Part shown: positions 25,145 to 34,266 of the stretch, piece after piece
Layout: each line of letters opens with the position of its first letter
How positions within the stretch are numbered: the first letter of the stretch is position 1
IMG/VR virus record: IMGVR_UViG_3300035698_016830
Location: 29,237-93,236 of that record
Source of the DNA: a virus
DNA length: 64,000 nt
Strand: one strand, 5' to 3'
Translations under genes and position numbers: made by a program
Notes under the pieces: model-generated
Seen by the model: only the letters and a program-made list of their open reading frames with translations
Told to the model about the DNA's origin: nothing
The model's database searches: none

Positions 25145-25210
25145 AAATTATAGATATTATATAATTTTTACAATAATTATGTTGACAATGTAGCCGATAG
25201 TCGTTATTAT
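25145..25210 (+). promoter_or_regulatory. Promoter/operator cassette, copy C
   Basis: Palindrome (25145-25167), 14 nt, TTGACA (25182), 17 nt, TATTAT (25205); identity to copy A extends upstream to about 25105. Confidence 0.85.
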
Positions 25211-25254
25211 ATGTATAGTAAATAAGTTAATAACGAATTTGAAAGGACAAGAAA

Positions 25255-25572
25255 ATGACAGTAACAAAAGAAAACATACTGAAAAATGTTGATAAAATCG
25301 AAGTTGAATCTGTACAAGATTTTAATCGCTCAGCTCGAAAGTATTGTATGAATCAGAATCAGCACACAAACGCGTGTAGGGGTAGGACTGATGGACCTAC
25401 ATATGCGTGCTGGTCTACTCCTGTCGAGGTTATAGCTGATTCTGATTCAGCTCCAAAAGTACGTGGATTTGGCTATTGGAAAACAACATTTAATAACGGC
25501 GCTGGTTTTTCCAGAACATTGTATACTCCGTCTACTTTTCATATCGTAGTAGGGGAAAATTGGAAAGATTAA
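25255..25572 (+). CDS. Hypothetical protein
   Basis: TTTGAAAGGACAAG leader. Confidence 0.6.
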   Translation: MTVTKENILKNVDKIEVESVQDFNRSARKYCMNQNQHTNACRGRTDGPTYACWSTPVEVIADSDSAPKVRGFGYWKTTFNNGAGFSRTLYTPSTFHIVVGENWKD

Positions 25573-25636
25573 CGTAAAAGCAGCAAAACAACATTCCTTC
25601 CTGGAATTAGCTAGGAGGGTTTGAAAGGACAGGAAG

Positions 25637-25822
25637 ATGAAATGTCAACAATGCAAGGGATCTAACGCACCAGCAGGAATAATAAGAATGATAAAAGGGA
25701 AAAGGTATGTACTTTGTGACTTCCATTTCAACAGGCTGGATTATGCTTTAAGAAAGAAAGATAAGGTAAAAAGGTATGCTACTGGTGGTAAAGTAGCTAA
25801 AACTAAAATATCATTTATTTGA
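25637..25822 (+). CDS. Small Zn-finger-like protein
   Basis: CQQC...CDFH; standard leader. Confidence 0.55.
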   Translation: MKCQQCKGSNAPAGIIRMIKGKRYVLCDFHFNRLDYALRKKDKVKRYATGGKVAKTKISFI

Positions 25823-25834
25823 AAGGATAAGAAA

Positions 25835-26101
25835 ATGAATGCGCCATCAAAATTGATTGAACGCATGGAAACGGAAACAGGACAACGGATTGACTCAAAT
25901 GATGGGAACAATAACGCAATGGCTGGATTATTAGGTGCTATGTCTCGCATGATCGGACAATCTTCTCATGATGAGCGTGATGATCTTGCGGCAGGGATTC
26001 TGATCCGGCATAAAATGTCACGAGAAGGTATCCGCGAGCAACAAACAAAGGATAAATCGGCAACCATGCTAATGATGGGATTTAGTCCAGATGATCTATA
26101 A
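25835..26101 (+). CDS. Hypothetical protein
   Basis: Standard leader. Confidence 0.55.
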   Translation: MNAPSKLIERMETETGQRIDSNDGNNNAMAGLLGAMSRMIGQSSHDERDDLAAGILIRHKMSREGIREQQTKDKSATMLMMGFSPDDL

Positions 26102-26134
26102 CTAAGACCCGTAAACTTGAAAAGGATAAGAACG

Positions 26135-26320
26135 ATGGAAAACCAACTGCCATTATATACGGTGCAAAAAATTGATAAAAAAGATGTGTTGTATGGTCCA
26201 ACCCACTATAGCGAAGATGGAAATACAACAAATTGTGGGCAAGGGGTTAATGAAAATTGGAGCTACTTAACAAATACTTCAGATGCAAGGTGCACCTGTA
26301 AAAAATGCTTGAAAGGATAA
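26135..26320 (+). CDS. Small Zn-binding hypothetical protein
   Basis: H..C..CTCKKC; standard leader. Confidence 0.5.
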   Translation: MENQLPLYTVQKIDKKDVLYGPTHYSEDGNTTNCGQGVNENWSYLTNTSDARCTCKKCLKG

Positions 26321-26324
26321 GAAG

Positions 26325-27023
26325 ATGTATAACAAAAGAAATGTAATGCTGAATACAGCGAAGATGTTTCAAGGTATGTTATTTGTACTTGGAGTAGCTT
26401 GCATAGTATTTGGTGCTGTGGGCACTTGTCAGGGTCAAAATGTAAGATTAGCGGCAGAAGCATTATCTTTAATACCTACTATAAAGGTAAAGGTAAAGGG
26501 AACTATAATGCTTGATCCTGGGCACGGAGGGTCTGATCCTGGGGCGATAAGTTGTCTTGGGTACTATGAGAAGGACCTAACGCTTAAAGTGGCTAACAGG
26601 CTAGCTAGCGAGCTTAAATCAGCTGGATGGAAGGTCATAATGACTCGTGATACTGATATATTTGTATCACTTGATAGTAGAGTAGTTATGGCAAATAAAG
26701 AAAACCCAAACCTCTTCATTAGCATTCATGGAGATTCTTTTACTGAACCTGAACCTTCAGGCTGTACTATTTTTACGTCAAAAGTAGCAAGTGATAAATC
26801 AGCAACAACAGCTATGCTTCTTAGTCATGCAATGCCAGTTAAGACTAATAGAGGAGTCAAGCAGTATAATTATAGAGTACTTTACAAAACAAAATGTCCT
26901 GCTGTTCTAATTGAAATGGGTTTTTTGTCAAACACAGATGATGCTATGAGAATGAAAAGTTCGGCTTGGCAAAAGCAGTTAGCAAGAAAAATAACACAAG
27001 CTTTGGAAGTTAGTGGAATTTAG
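26325..27023 (+). CDS. N-acetylmuramoyl-L-alanine amidase (Amidase_3) with hydrophobic N-terminus
   Basis: LDPGHGGSDPGA, EKDLTL, FISIHGD and AVLIEMGFLSN. Confidence 0.92.
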   Translation: MYNKRNVMLNTAKMFQGMLFVLGVACIVFGAVGTCQGQNVRLAAEALSLIPTIKVKVKGTIMLDPGHGGSDPGAISCLGYYEKDLTLKVANRLASELKSAGWKVIMTRDTDIFVSLDSRVVMANKENPNLFISIHGDSFTEPEPSGCTIFTSKVASDKSATTAMLLSHAMPVKTNRGVKQYNYRVLYKTKCPAVLIEMGFLSNTDDAMRMKSSAWQKQLARKITQALEVSGI

Positions 27024-27073
27024 AAGGGTAAAAAAAATAAATTGGTTTTTTAATTATCAGAAGGAGAATTGAA

Positions 27074-27250
27074 ATGTGTGAATATTTGGTAACTTGCGTG
27101 TGGTATCCGATGTTTGTTGTATTTGTCATTATGCCAGCAAATGGATGCTTGTTAATGTTAGGACATAAAAAGAGTATGATTCCTAGTATATTAGGTATCT
27201 TTCTTATATTATTACACATTCCGTATACGTGGACGATATTTAATAGTTAA
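27074..27250 (+). CDS. Small two-transmembrane protein (58 aa), holin candidate
   Basis: Read manually; AAGGAG SD; two hydrophobic segments; follows the amidase. Confidence 0.45.
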   Translation: MCEYLVTCVWYPMFVVFVIMPANGCLLMLGHKKSMIPSILGIFLILLHIPYTWTIFNS

Positions 27251-27317
27251 GAAGAATAACTTCAGCTGTGGAAGTTAGTGGAATTTAAAATATCATTTAT
27301 TTGAAAGGGTAAGTAAG

Positions 27318-27584
27318 ATGAAGAAGTTAATTAAGATTGAAGAAGTTGGAAATGAAGGATTGGTCGGTCTCATGGGAGAGAGGATCACAATCTTTAGTTT
27401 GAATTATATTTATACAGGAATACTGATTGGTGTAAATGATGAGTTTTGTAAATTGGAGTCTGCTGCTATAGTTTATGAAACTGGTAAGTTTAATGAGCCA
27501 GATTGGAAAGATGCTCAATTACTCCCTAAGCCTGTCTACGTTATGTTGAGATGTATTGAAATGTTTACAATATTGAAAGATTGA
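27318..27584 (+). CDS. Conserved phage hypothetical protein (possible Sm-like beta fold)
   Basis: LMGERITIFSLNYIYTGILIGVN...AAIVYETG; precedes the S-X repeat genes. Confidence 0.55.
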   Translation: MKKLIKIEEVGNEGLVGLMGERITIFSLNYIYTGILIGVNDEFCKLESAAIVYETGKFNEPDWKDAQLLPKPVYVMLRCIEMFTILKD

Positions 27585-27588
27585 TATT

Positions 27589-27753
27589 ATGAGAGGTAGG
27601 AATCAGAAATATGCAGGGTCTTGGTCTCGGTCTGGGTCTCGGTCTGGGTCTGGGTCTGGGTCTGGGTCTGGGTCTGGGTCTGGGTCTGGGTCTTGGTCTT
27701 GGTCTGGGTCTGGGTCTCGGTCTGGGATACTAGTGAAGGGGTTTATATTATGA
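27589..27753 (+). CDS. Ser-(Gly/Arg/Trp) dipeptide repeat protein, copy 1 (54 aa)
   Basis: MRGRNQKYAG + 18 SX units + ILVKGFIL; read manually. Confidence 0.55.
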   Translation: MRGRNQKYAGSWSRSGSRSGSGSGSGSGSGSGSGSWSWSGSGSRSGILVKGFIL

Positions 27754-27971
27754 GAGGTAGGAATCAGAAATATGCAGGGTCTTGGTCTTGGTCTCGGTCT
27801 TGGTCTCGGTCTGGGTCTGGGTCTGGGTCTTGGTCTCGGTCTGGGTCTGGGTCTGGGTCTGGGTCTGGGTCTGGGTCTCGGTCTGGGTCTTGGTCTCGGT
27901 CTTGGTCTCGGTCTTGGTCTCGGTCTGGGTCTGGGTCTGGGTCTTGGTCTCGGTCTGGGTCTCGGTCTGGG
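27619..27971. repeat. Two hexamer tandem arrays, TCT(G/C/T)GG x18 and x32, within a tandem gene duplication
   Basis: Arrays at 27619-27726 and 27780-27971 with near-identical unique flanks. Confidence 0.95.
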
Positions 27972-28010
27972 ATATTAGTGAAGGGATTTATTTTCAGATC
28001 CACAAGGTGA
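27750..28010 (+). CDS. Ser-(Gly/Arg/Trp) dipeptide repeat protein, copy 2 (86 aa)
   Basis: MRGRNQKYAG + 32 SX units + ILVKGFIFRSTR; ATGA coupling to copy 1. Confidence 0.6.
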   Translation: MRGRNQKYAGSWSWSRSWSRSGSGSGSWSRSGSGSGSGSGSGSRSGSWSRSWSRSWSRSGSGSGSWSRSGSRSGILVKGFIFRSTR

Positions 28011-28066
28011 ATTATAAATGAAAAGGCATATAATAAATTTTATTTAGATAAAGGGAAGGGATAAAA

Positions 28067-28369
28067 ATGCTAACAAGTAAGGAAATGAAAGAGCAACAGC
28101 AAGAAAGGGAAAGGATCGGCTTAATTGATGCAAGTATTATACCTCTCATAAAAGATAAGACCAGGTTAGATTTCCTTGATGCTGTAGCCACAGAACCAGT
28201 GAATATTATTTGTAGATGGTCTGTTGAAGGGAAAGGATGGTATTTATGCGAAGCCACTAAAAGTGAGGGTTTCAAAACTGTCAGAGAGGCAATAGATGCT
28301 TTTATGGTAGCAAATGCAGAAGCAATAGATGCTTTTATAATAGCAAATGCAAATGATGTAGGAAAATAA
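28067..28369 (+). CDS. Hypothetical protein
   Basis: ORF with GGAAGGG SD. Confidence 0.5.
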   Translation: MLTSKEMKEQQQERERIGLIDASIIPLIKDKTRLDFLDAVATEPVNIICRWSVEGKGWYLCEATKSEGFKTVREAIDAFMVANAEAIDAFIIANANDVGK

Positions 28370-28381
28370 GGACTAAAGATT

Positions 28382-28933
28382 ATGAAAATGATAATAGATT
28401 ATGAAGTGGAGGGCTCCTGGTTACCACCTGGAAATAGGAATAGGTGTAGGGCTTGTGGAACTTTATTAGAACCTGTACCAGAAGAAGGACATTTTAATTC
28501 ACAGTATCATATACTTAAACAAAATGATGGGTGTGAATTGTATTGCTGCCCTAAAGGATGTGGTGTAAAGGAAGTAACTAAGGAAATGAGGCATTATCTT
28601 GATAATCAAGCTTGGTTTAAAAAAGGAAGTGAATCTTATAAATGGAAATGGGATTATAAGAAAATTCTATATGCCTGGATAACTGTTAAGGGTAAGATAA
28701 GGCCTTGTTCTTTTCAGGATCACATAGCAACAAGAGATGCTGCCGGTAGACGACCTGTACATGTCGCATATCGTGATGATCAGTTGGAATTCAGTTGGGA
28801 TATGAAATTGACAAAACCACAAGTAAAAACATTAATGGATTTCTCTATAGCTTATTCAGTGTCTTTTGATAAAAGAAGTAAGGAAGAGATAGCTGTGGAA
28901 GAAATTGGATATGCTATTTTAAAGATAGGGTAG
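28382..28933 (+). CDS. Hypothetical protein with Zn-ribbon
   Basis: CRAC...CPKGC. Confidence 0.55.
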   Translation: MKMIIDYEVEGSWLPPGNRNRCRACGTLLEPVPEEGHFNSQYHILKQNDGCELYCCPKGCGVKEVTKEMRHYLDNQAWFKKGSESYKWKWDYKKILYAWITVKGKIRPCSFQDHIATRDAAGRRPVHVAYRDDQLEFSWDMKLTKPQVKTLMDFSIAYSVSFDKRSKEEIAVEEIGYAILKIG

Positions 28934-28942
28934 GAGAATAAA

Positions 28943-29143
28943 ATGAAACCACATTATTTTGATCAAGAAGTTCCGGATGATGACTATATAAACCTGAATA
29001 TGGCCAAAGGTCAAGGCTGTGTGCCAAAGGGCTGTTTATTGGGTCGCATGATAGTTGCGACTCTCGTCGATCAAGGGAAAGATCCTTGCCAGGGTTGCGA
29101 ACACCCAAGAAGCAAATGCGGTGGCAGGCCAAAGTCAGGTTAG
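28943..29143 (+). CDS. Small Cys-rich hypothetical protein
   Basis: AGGAG SD. Confidence 0.5.
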   Translation: MKPHYFDQEVPDDDYINLNMAKGQGCVPKGCLLGRMIVATLVDQGKDPCQGCEHPRSKCGGRPKSG

Positions 29144-29229
29144 CTTTCCTTGATCCTGAGTTGGGGTATATTAAGAAAATAAAATAAAATACTTGTATAC
29201 ATTATTATATATATCATATAATAAGAGGT

Positions 29230-29637
29230 ATGGTAAGAAAAAAGTTATTTGCGTTACCGCCAAGGGCAGAAGGAAACCTACCAACTCTGCAACTAATCAA
29301 TTCATTTTGTGATTTGATAGTAAGGGGTTTATCACCTTCAGCTGCCTGCGATTACCTTACTATCAGCACAGAGCATTATTATCTATGGCTAAGGTCAGGT
29401 AGTAAGCTAATTAGGGCAGGGCAGACAGAAGAGCTAAAAGCTCAGTTTGTTTTAAGGTATCAAAAAGCTTTTGCTACATACCAATTAGATCGAGTAGACA
29501 GACTTCATGATCCAGTGAATAGAAATTGGTATAGAGAGCTTGCGATACTTGAAAGAAGAGACCGAAAAACCTATGGTAGGCAAGAGCAGCCAGGTGGTTC
29601 AGATGATAGTTATGATCCTGATGAACGCTTCTTATAG
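29230..29637 (+). CDS. Terminase small subunit-like protein
   Basis: HTH-like AACDYLTISTEHYYLWL and W....LERRD...YGR pattern of TerS proteins. Confidence 0.55.
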   Translation: MVRKKLFALPPRAEGNLPTLQLINSFCDLIVRGLSPSAACDYLTISTEHYYLWLRSGSKLIRAGQTEELKAQFVLRYQKAFATYQLDRVDRLHDPVNRNWYRELAILERRDRKTYGRQEQPGGSDDSYDPDERFL

Positions 29638-29786
29638 GCCATTTATTCAGCTTTTTCTTGATACGCTCTTTGATAATTTATATTATGAGTTTATGAATTC
29701 GACCAAAAACAAAACACTAAGCTATGCATGGGGAACAAACTTTGGTCGGATTCTACCTGTGCATGGCTTTTTTAAGGAATCCGACT

Positions 29787-30305
29787 ATGAAAAAGACTAA
29801 ACTAACACAAGGAAAAGTTACATTAGTAGATGATGAAGATTACGAGTGGTTGAATCAGTGGAAATGGTATGCTCTTTGGTATCCAAATACTCAATCATTT
29901 TATGCTGTAAGAAAAGAAGCTAAACCTGGAGGTGGGCAGCGCCTGGTTCTAATGCATAGGCAAATTCTAGGTCTTGAGTTTGGAGACAAAAGACAAGGTG
30001 ATCATATTCACCATAACACTCTAGATAACCGTAAGAGTCAGCTTAGTACTGTAACAAATCAGCAGAATCAGTTTAATAGACTGAATACAAAAGGGTATTC
30101 TTTTAACAAGGCCAATGGGAAGTTCAAGGCTCAGATACACATTAATGGTAAACAAAAATACCTAGGACTTTATAACACAGCCAAAGAAGCTCGTATTGTA
30201 TATTTAAAAGCAAAAGAAAAATACCATGATATGTTGGAAACGAAAGAATCGTATTATAAGAAAGAACAGAAACTAGTGAAATGGAGACACAAGCCTTTAT
30301 TCTAG
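29787..30305 (+). CDS. Free-standing HNH homing endonuclease with AP2-like domain
   Basis: LTQGKVTLVDDEDYEWL, MHRQIL, DHIHHNTLDNRKSQL, KYLGLY..EA. Confidence 0.88.
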   Translation: MKKTKLTQGKVTLVDDEDYEWLNQWKWYALWYPNTQSFYAVRKEAKPGGGQRLVLMHRQILGLEFGDKRQGDHIHHNTLDNRKSQLSTVTNQQNQFNRLNTKGYSFNKANGKFKAQIHINGKQKYLGLYNTAKEARIVYLKAKEKYHDMLETKESYYKKEQKLVKWRHKPLF

Positions 30306-30510
30306 TTAATAAGAGTTATTTTTAGTTATCAATGAACAGAAGAAGAAACAGTAAAGTATTAATTTAGTAATTTCATCCCATTTCTATACCATTATTCCAT
30401 ATTATTTCTTAGTATGTAAGTTATAATTTTCACTTTTACAAATACTTTATATATCATATAAAAGTTACAAATCGCATCAAATCTGTATAACCAAATATAG
30501 GAGAAGAACA

Positions 30511-30804
30511 ATGAAAACCACAATAGCTTATACAGAAAGAAACAAAGTTAAAGAAGTCATTAAAACAATGAAACATAAGGCTAAATATACTGCGGTTGTT
30601 ACCCCAGAAACTAAGTCTTATTTCAATAGAGATCATGAGGAAATAGCAAGAGAGATATATGTGAAAGGAGGTTTGGAAGGAATAACTGTATTTACTATTC
30701 CAAATATTCATCCATTGCTAGAAGTGAAAGATGTAAAATATCTAAGAAAAGAAAGAAAAGTGTTATTGAATAGTATAAGTAGAAGTAGAAAGAAACTTAA
30801 TTAA
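30511..30804 (+). CDS. Hypothetical protein
   Basis: AGGAG SD. Confidence 0.55.
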   Translation: MKTTIAYTERNKVKEVIKTMKHKAKYTAVVTPETKSYFNRDHEEIAREIYVKGGLEGITVFTIPNIHPLLEVKDVKYLRKERKVLLNSISRSRKKLN

Positions 30805-30980
30805 AGCAAAGGGCTAAGATCATGGATACACCTTTGACGTATCGTATAAAATTTTGCAAGAATGCTAAAGAATGTACTATGTCATCTAAAATTTGTAGTT
30901 TTAATTGTGAACAGTACCAAGCTTTAACTGATATACGTAAAAATTCTGAAGAGCATAAAAGCAAAGCAAAGGGCTAAGTT

Positions 30981-31292
30981 ATGGAAAATAATGAAACGGA
31001 AACAATAGTATCTTTGTTATCAGCTATTCAAGAAGCTGGTGGAAGTGTTATTGCTATTAAACCTGATATGACAGTGACAGAGTTAATCGGTTTATTTGCA
31101 AAGAATAATATAAGATTTGAATATACAAAGAAACACGCTATAAAGAAGGAAGATATTGATGATGAAGAAATAACTTCAGATGAATTCTCTGAAGCAGGTA
31201 AAGATCAGATACTTGCTATAGTTTGTAAAGACTTTAGAGAAGGTGGAGCATGCTATGTAGCTTGGAAGTCGGCGTATGATGGAAACAGTTAA
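30981..31292 (+). CDS. Hypothetical protein
   Basis: ORF with AAGGG SD. Confidence 0.5.
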   Translation: MENNETETIVSLLSAIQEAGGSVIAIKPDMTVTELIGLFAKNNIRFEYTKKHAIKKEDIDDEEITSDEFSEAGKDQILAIVCKDFREGGACYVAWKSAYDGNS

Positions 31293-31315
31293 TATTTTAT
31301 TGAAAGGGCAGAAAG

Positions 31316-31681
31316 ATGGATCTAGTGCTAAATTGTATATTAGGATTGTTACTTGGTTTCGTTGCTTTTTGGGCTCACAGGTTTAGAAAAGAAAGAGATC
31401 TACTGAAGGATGAGAATAGATTTCTTCTTTGGGAATTGGATACTGAGAATTCTTACAGGTTAGCTAAGTGGCGAACTATGGATACAGCCCCAAAGAATGG
31501 AGACGTTATTCTTGTGTATGATCCTAAACCAAGTTCTGATTATGGTCCTGGTGTTCATGAAGCTTATTATCATGAAGGTCATGGATGGTGTGCTGTCTCA
31601 GGGGTAAATACAGATCCTTATGATATTATGCCAGAGGTTTGGTTGGAAGGATATCCAGATAAACCAGAAAGAAATGATTAA
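31316..31681 (+). CDS. DUF551-like protein with N-terminal TM segment
   Basis: WRTMDTAPKNGDVILVY...W. Confidence 0.55.
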   Translation: MDLVLNCILGLLLGFVAFWAHRFRKERDLLKDENRFLLWELDTENSYRLAKWRTMDTAPKNGDVILVYDPKPSSDYGPGVHEAYYHEGHGWCAVSGVNTDPYDIMPEVWLEGYPDKPERND

Positions 31682-31878
31682 AACGTTGACTTCGCCTAGG
31701 TTAAGGTACCAAACGTCAAATGCTGCTACTTCTGCTGTTATGCAGCCTTGTGCTGATTTTCTTAAAAAGTTAACAAAGGAGCAAAGACGTATAGTATTAT
31801 ATGAGTGTTGTTTTTATTGTGATTGCGTCTTACCAGATCTTTTAAGTAAATGTTTGAAAATGGAAGGAATTGAGAAAG

Positions 31879-32214
31879 ATGAAATTGAAGAAACAAATGT
31901 TTAGTGATATTCCAGGTGCTGTATTTGTTGCAAGAGATACAGATAGCTATGATAATAATGTACTTATTTGGCCTGCGGGTTTGGGTATTGAAAAGCATTT
32001 TGGCTGCATAGAGTTTTATGGTAAGGTGAAATATAAGAAGAAGTGTGAAGCCAAGAGTTTTGCTACACTACTCACTATAGCACAATGCAAAGCCATCTAT
32101 TTTGATTTTCCTAAAAAAGAAGAAGCCTGGTTGGTTACCCCTATGGGCTCTTATTTATATGGTGATAATTACATTTGGGAAAGAATAGATCAAGATTTGG
32201 AACTGATTAAGTAA
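31879..32214 (+). CDS. Hypothetical protein, paralog of 23912-24241
   Basis: See the shared motifs listed for 23912. Confidence 0.6.
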   Translation: MKLKKQMFSDIPGAVFVARDTDSYDNNVLIWPAGLGIEKHFGCIEFYGKVKYKKKCEAKSFATLLTIAQCKAIYFDFPKKEEAWLVTPMGSYLYGDNYIWERIDQDLELIK

Positions 32215-32229
32215 GAAAGGAATCGAAAT

Positions 32230-32415
32230 ATGTTGGTCCTGAGTAGATTAATAGATGAATCAATAATGATCGGTGACGATGTGGAAATCACGATCGTCGA
32301 CGTACGTGGTGACAAGGTTCGTTTGGGTATCAATGCCCCCAAGAGCATTCCAGTTCACCGTAGAGAGATTTATGATGCTATTCAGCGGGAAAAGAATGAG
32401 GGAGTAGAGGAATGA
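32230..32415 (+). CDS. csrA: Carbon storage regulator CsrA/RsmA
   Basis: [45 protein letters not shown]. Confidence 0.95.
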   Translation: MLVLSRLIDESIMIGDDVEITIVDVRGDKVRLGINAPKSIPVHRREIYDAIQREKNEGVEE

Positions 32416-32954
32416 AGAATAAAGAAGAAGTAAAATCATTGGTTAGAAAAGAAGTAGAAGCATCACTTGATGAATATGATGCTGGTGTTCAGGAAGATAT
32501 TGAGGATTCAAAGACGTCTGATTGGTTTAAGGCACTGCTAATAGTGGTCATAACATTCTTTTTGATTATTAGTTTGATTTTTGGTGTTGCAGATTCTATT
32601 TGGTATTCTTATGAATTTTGTAATAGGATTCTTACGCAAAACATGAAACGAGTAGATTGTATAGAGAATGGGCATCAGTGGGAGTTTGTTAAGTATAATT
32701 CAGCGTATACGTTTAAATGTATACATTGTGGCAAGGAGCACATCGTTATGTCAATTCAAGGATCTGACTTTAAGACTTTATGGATGAAACAAACAGGTCA
32801 GCCAGTAGCGTCTAATCCTTTTATTATTGTCCCTGATTGTGAAATTGCTATTAGTAATGGGGGGACCGGGTCAACTTTGACTAGTGAAGCTATGTTGATT
32901 TTTATGCGCAAGAAACAGAACCTGTGGAAAGTATGCCTGCCTGGATTGACGTAA
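32412..32954 (+). CDS. Membrane-anchored hypothetical protein
   Basis: One TM segment; H..C.HC motif. Confidence 0.5.
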   Translation: MKNKEEVKSLVRKEVEASLDEYDAGVQEDIEDSKTSDWFKALLIVVITFFLIISLIFGVADSIWYSYEFCNRILTQNMKRVDCIENGHQWEFVKYNSAYTFKCIHCGKEHIVMSIQGSDFKTLWMKQTGQPVASNPFIIVPDCEIAISNGGTGSTLTSEAMLIFMRKKQNLWKVCLPGLT

Positions 32955-33286
32955 ATATGGTGCAAGGTAAAATACTCCCGTATACTATGGCGTTGGGAGA
33001 TCCATTGGAGCTTGTCGGCACAGAACAAGTTGAAGGCCACATAACATACTACCAAGTACTTTCAAGACCAGTAGGTTGCTATGACATTATTGATCCTAAC
33101 GGAGCATTGAGTATTACATTTTCGCCGACATCTATTGGTGTGTACTATATTCCGATGTATAATTATGTCCGGAGTCCTTTTCCGAATGGAGGTGTGTATA
33201 GTACACTGTGTGTAAATGTTGTTGAGCGCATTGTGCCTAGCACTCGTTGGTTTCGAAAGCCGCTACCAAACATCGCAGTCAATTGA
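32924..33286 (+). CDS. Hypothetical protein
   Basis: ORF only; start uncertain. Confidence 0.35.
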   Translation: MESMPAWIDVNMVQGKILPYTMALGDPLELVGTEQVEGHITYYQVLSRPVGCYDIIDPNGALSITFSPTSIGVYYIPMYNYVRSPFPNGGVYSTLCVNVVERIVPSTRWFRKPLPNIAVN

Positions 33287-33396
33287 GTTTTACATACGCA
33301 ATAAACGTAACCCTATTAAGGGACGTTTAAAAGCTGTTCAGTATCAGAAGAAACTATTTCAAAGGGAACAATATTTGATTATGAAAGAGGTAAGAA

Positions 33397-33666
33397 ATGA
33401 ATTGTGATACGGGTGAAGTAGTAAGGTTGGAAGATTTGTCAGAGGGAAAAAGGGAAGCTTTGACTGCTATGTTAAGCAGAGGAAAGCCTCTATCTGAGTT
33501 GCAAATGGAGGTAGTAAAGCCTTATGCCCCTATTGACGAGAAAGACGTTCCAAAGGTAAAGCATATGTCTAAAGCCCGAAGAAGAAACTGGATGAGGAAT
33601 AAGCTTTGTCTTTGTGGAAGTGGCAAGAAGTTTAAAAAATGCTGTTGGTCTAAATTTGCTGGGTAA
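33397..33666 (+). CDS. SEC-C motif protein
   Basis: RNKLCLCGSGKKFKKCC. Confidence 0.8.
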   Translation: MNCDTGEVVRLEDLSEGKREALTAMLSRGKPLSELQMEVVKPYAPIDEKDVPKVKHMSKARRRNWMRNKLCLCGSGKKFKKCCWSKFAG

Positions 33667-33672
33667 GATATT

Positions 33673-34002
33673 ATGAACATGGATGGAATGATGGATACAC
33701 CAATTATAGATAAGGATACATGCAAGGGCTTATTCTGGCGGGCTTCAGTTCATTCGTACTTATCTAAGTATAATAGTATAGAAGTATCAAAGTCATTGCG
33801 ATTATTGAAAAAGAGATCCTGTAAGGGTTGTGATAAATGTTATTGGATATGGGAGTATTTTCAAGAAGACATGACCCTAGCTGCTGGTGATTATTTAGAG
33901 GATATTGAGCATGGTAAGATATATACTTTCAAATGTCATAGTTCTACTGATTTCGATACTGGTGTTAGAGAGCTGGATGAAATTGAATTTGTAAGGGGTT
34001 GA
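33673..34002 (+). CDS. Hypothetical protein
   Basis: SCKGCDKC motif. Confidence 0.55.
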   Translation: MNMDGMMDTPIIDKDTCKGLFWRASVHSYLSKYNSIEVSKSLRLLKKRSCKGCDKCYWIWEYFQEDMTLAAGDYLEDIEHGKIYTFKCHSSTDFDTGVRELDEIEFVRG

Positions 34003-34008
34003 AGAATA

Positions 34009-34197
34009 ATGATATATAAACTAATAGGGCATTGGCACAATTGGACTTCTCCTTGGACTGGTAGAGTATTATCAGAATTCAGGGTCATCTGGAATAAGGT
34101 GATAATCGGTGAAAGGCTTCAATCACAGGCTAAAACACCAGCACACAGAATCAATAAAATAATTAATAAGTTACTATATAGCTGGAAAAAAGTTTAA
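34009..34197 (+). CDS. Hypothetical protein
   Basis: ORF with AAGGGG SD. Confidence 0.4.
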   Translation: MIYKLIGHWHNWTSPWTGRVLSEFRVIWNKVIIGERLQSQAKTPAHRINKIINKLLYSWKKV

Positions 34198-34266
34198 AAT
34201 TGAGTTAAACCGTATAAGTAGTCAGTGATAGAAATTCTTTTACAAATGAATAAATTGAAAACAAAG

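Noticed and set aside
27619-27971. CRISPR array
   Set aside because: These are hexamer tandem units with no spacers and no cas genes.
27621-28021. Alternative-frame repeat ORFs (VW, LG, DP/DR repeats)
   Set aside because: Shadows of the hexamer array; only the S-X frame has duplicated start and stop context with ATGA coupling.
32880-32954. Frameshift joining ORFs 32412 and 32924
   Set aside because: No family motif spans the junction, so there is nothing to show they are one gene.
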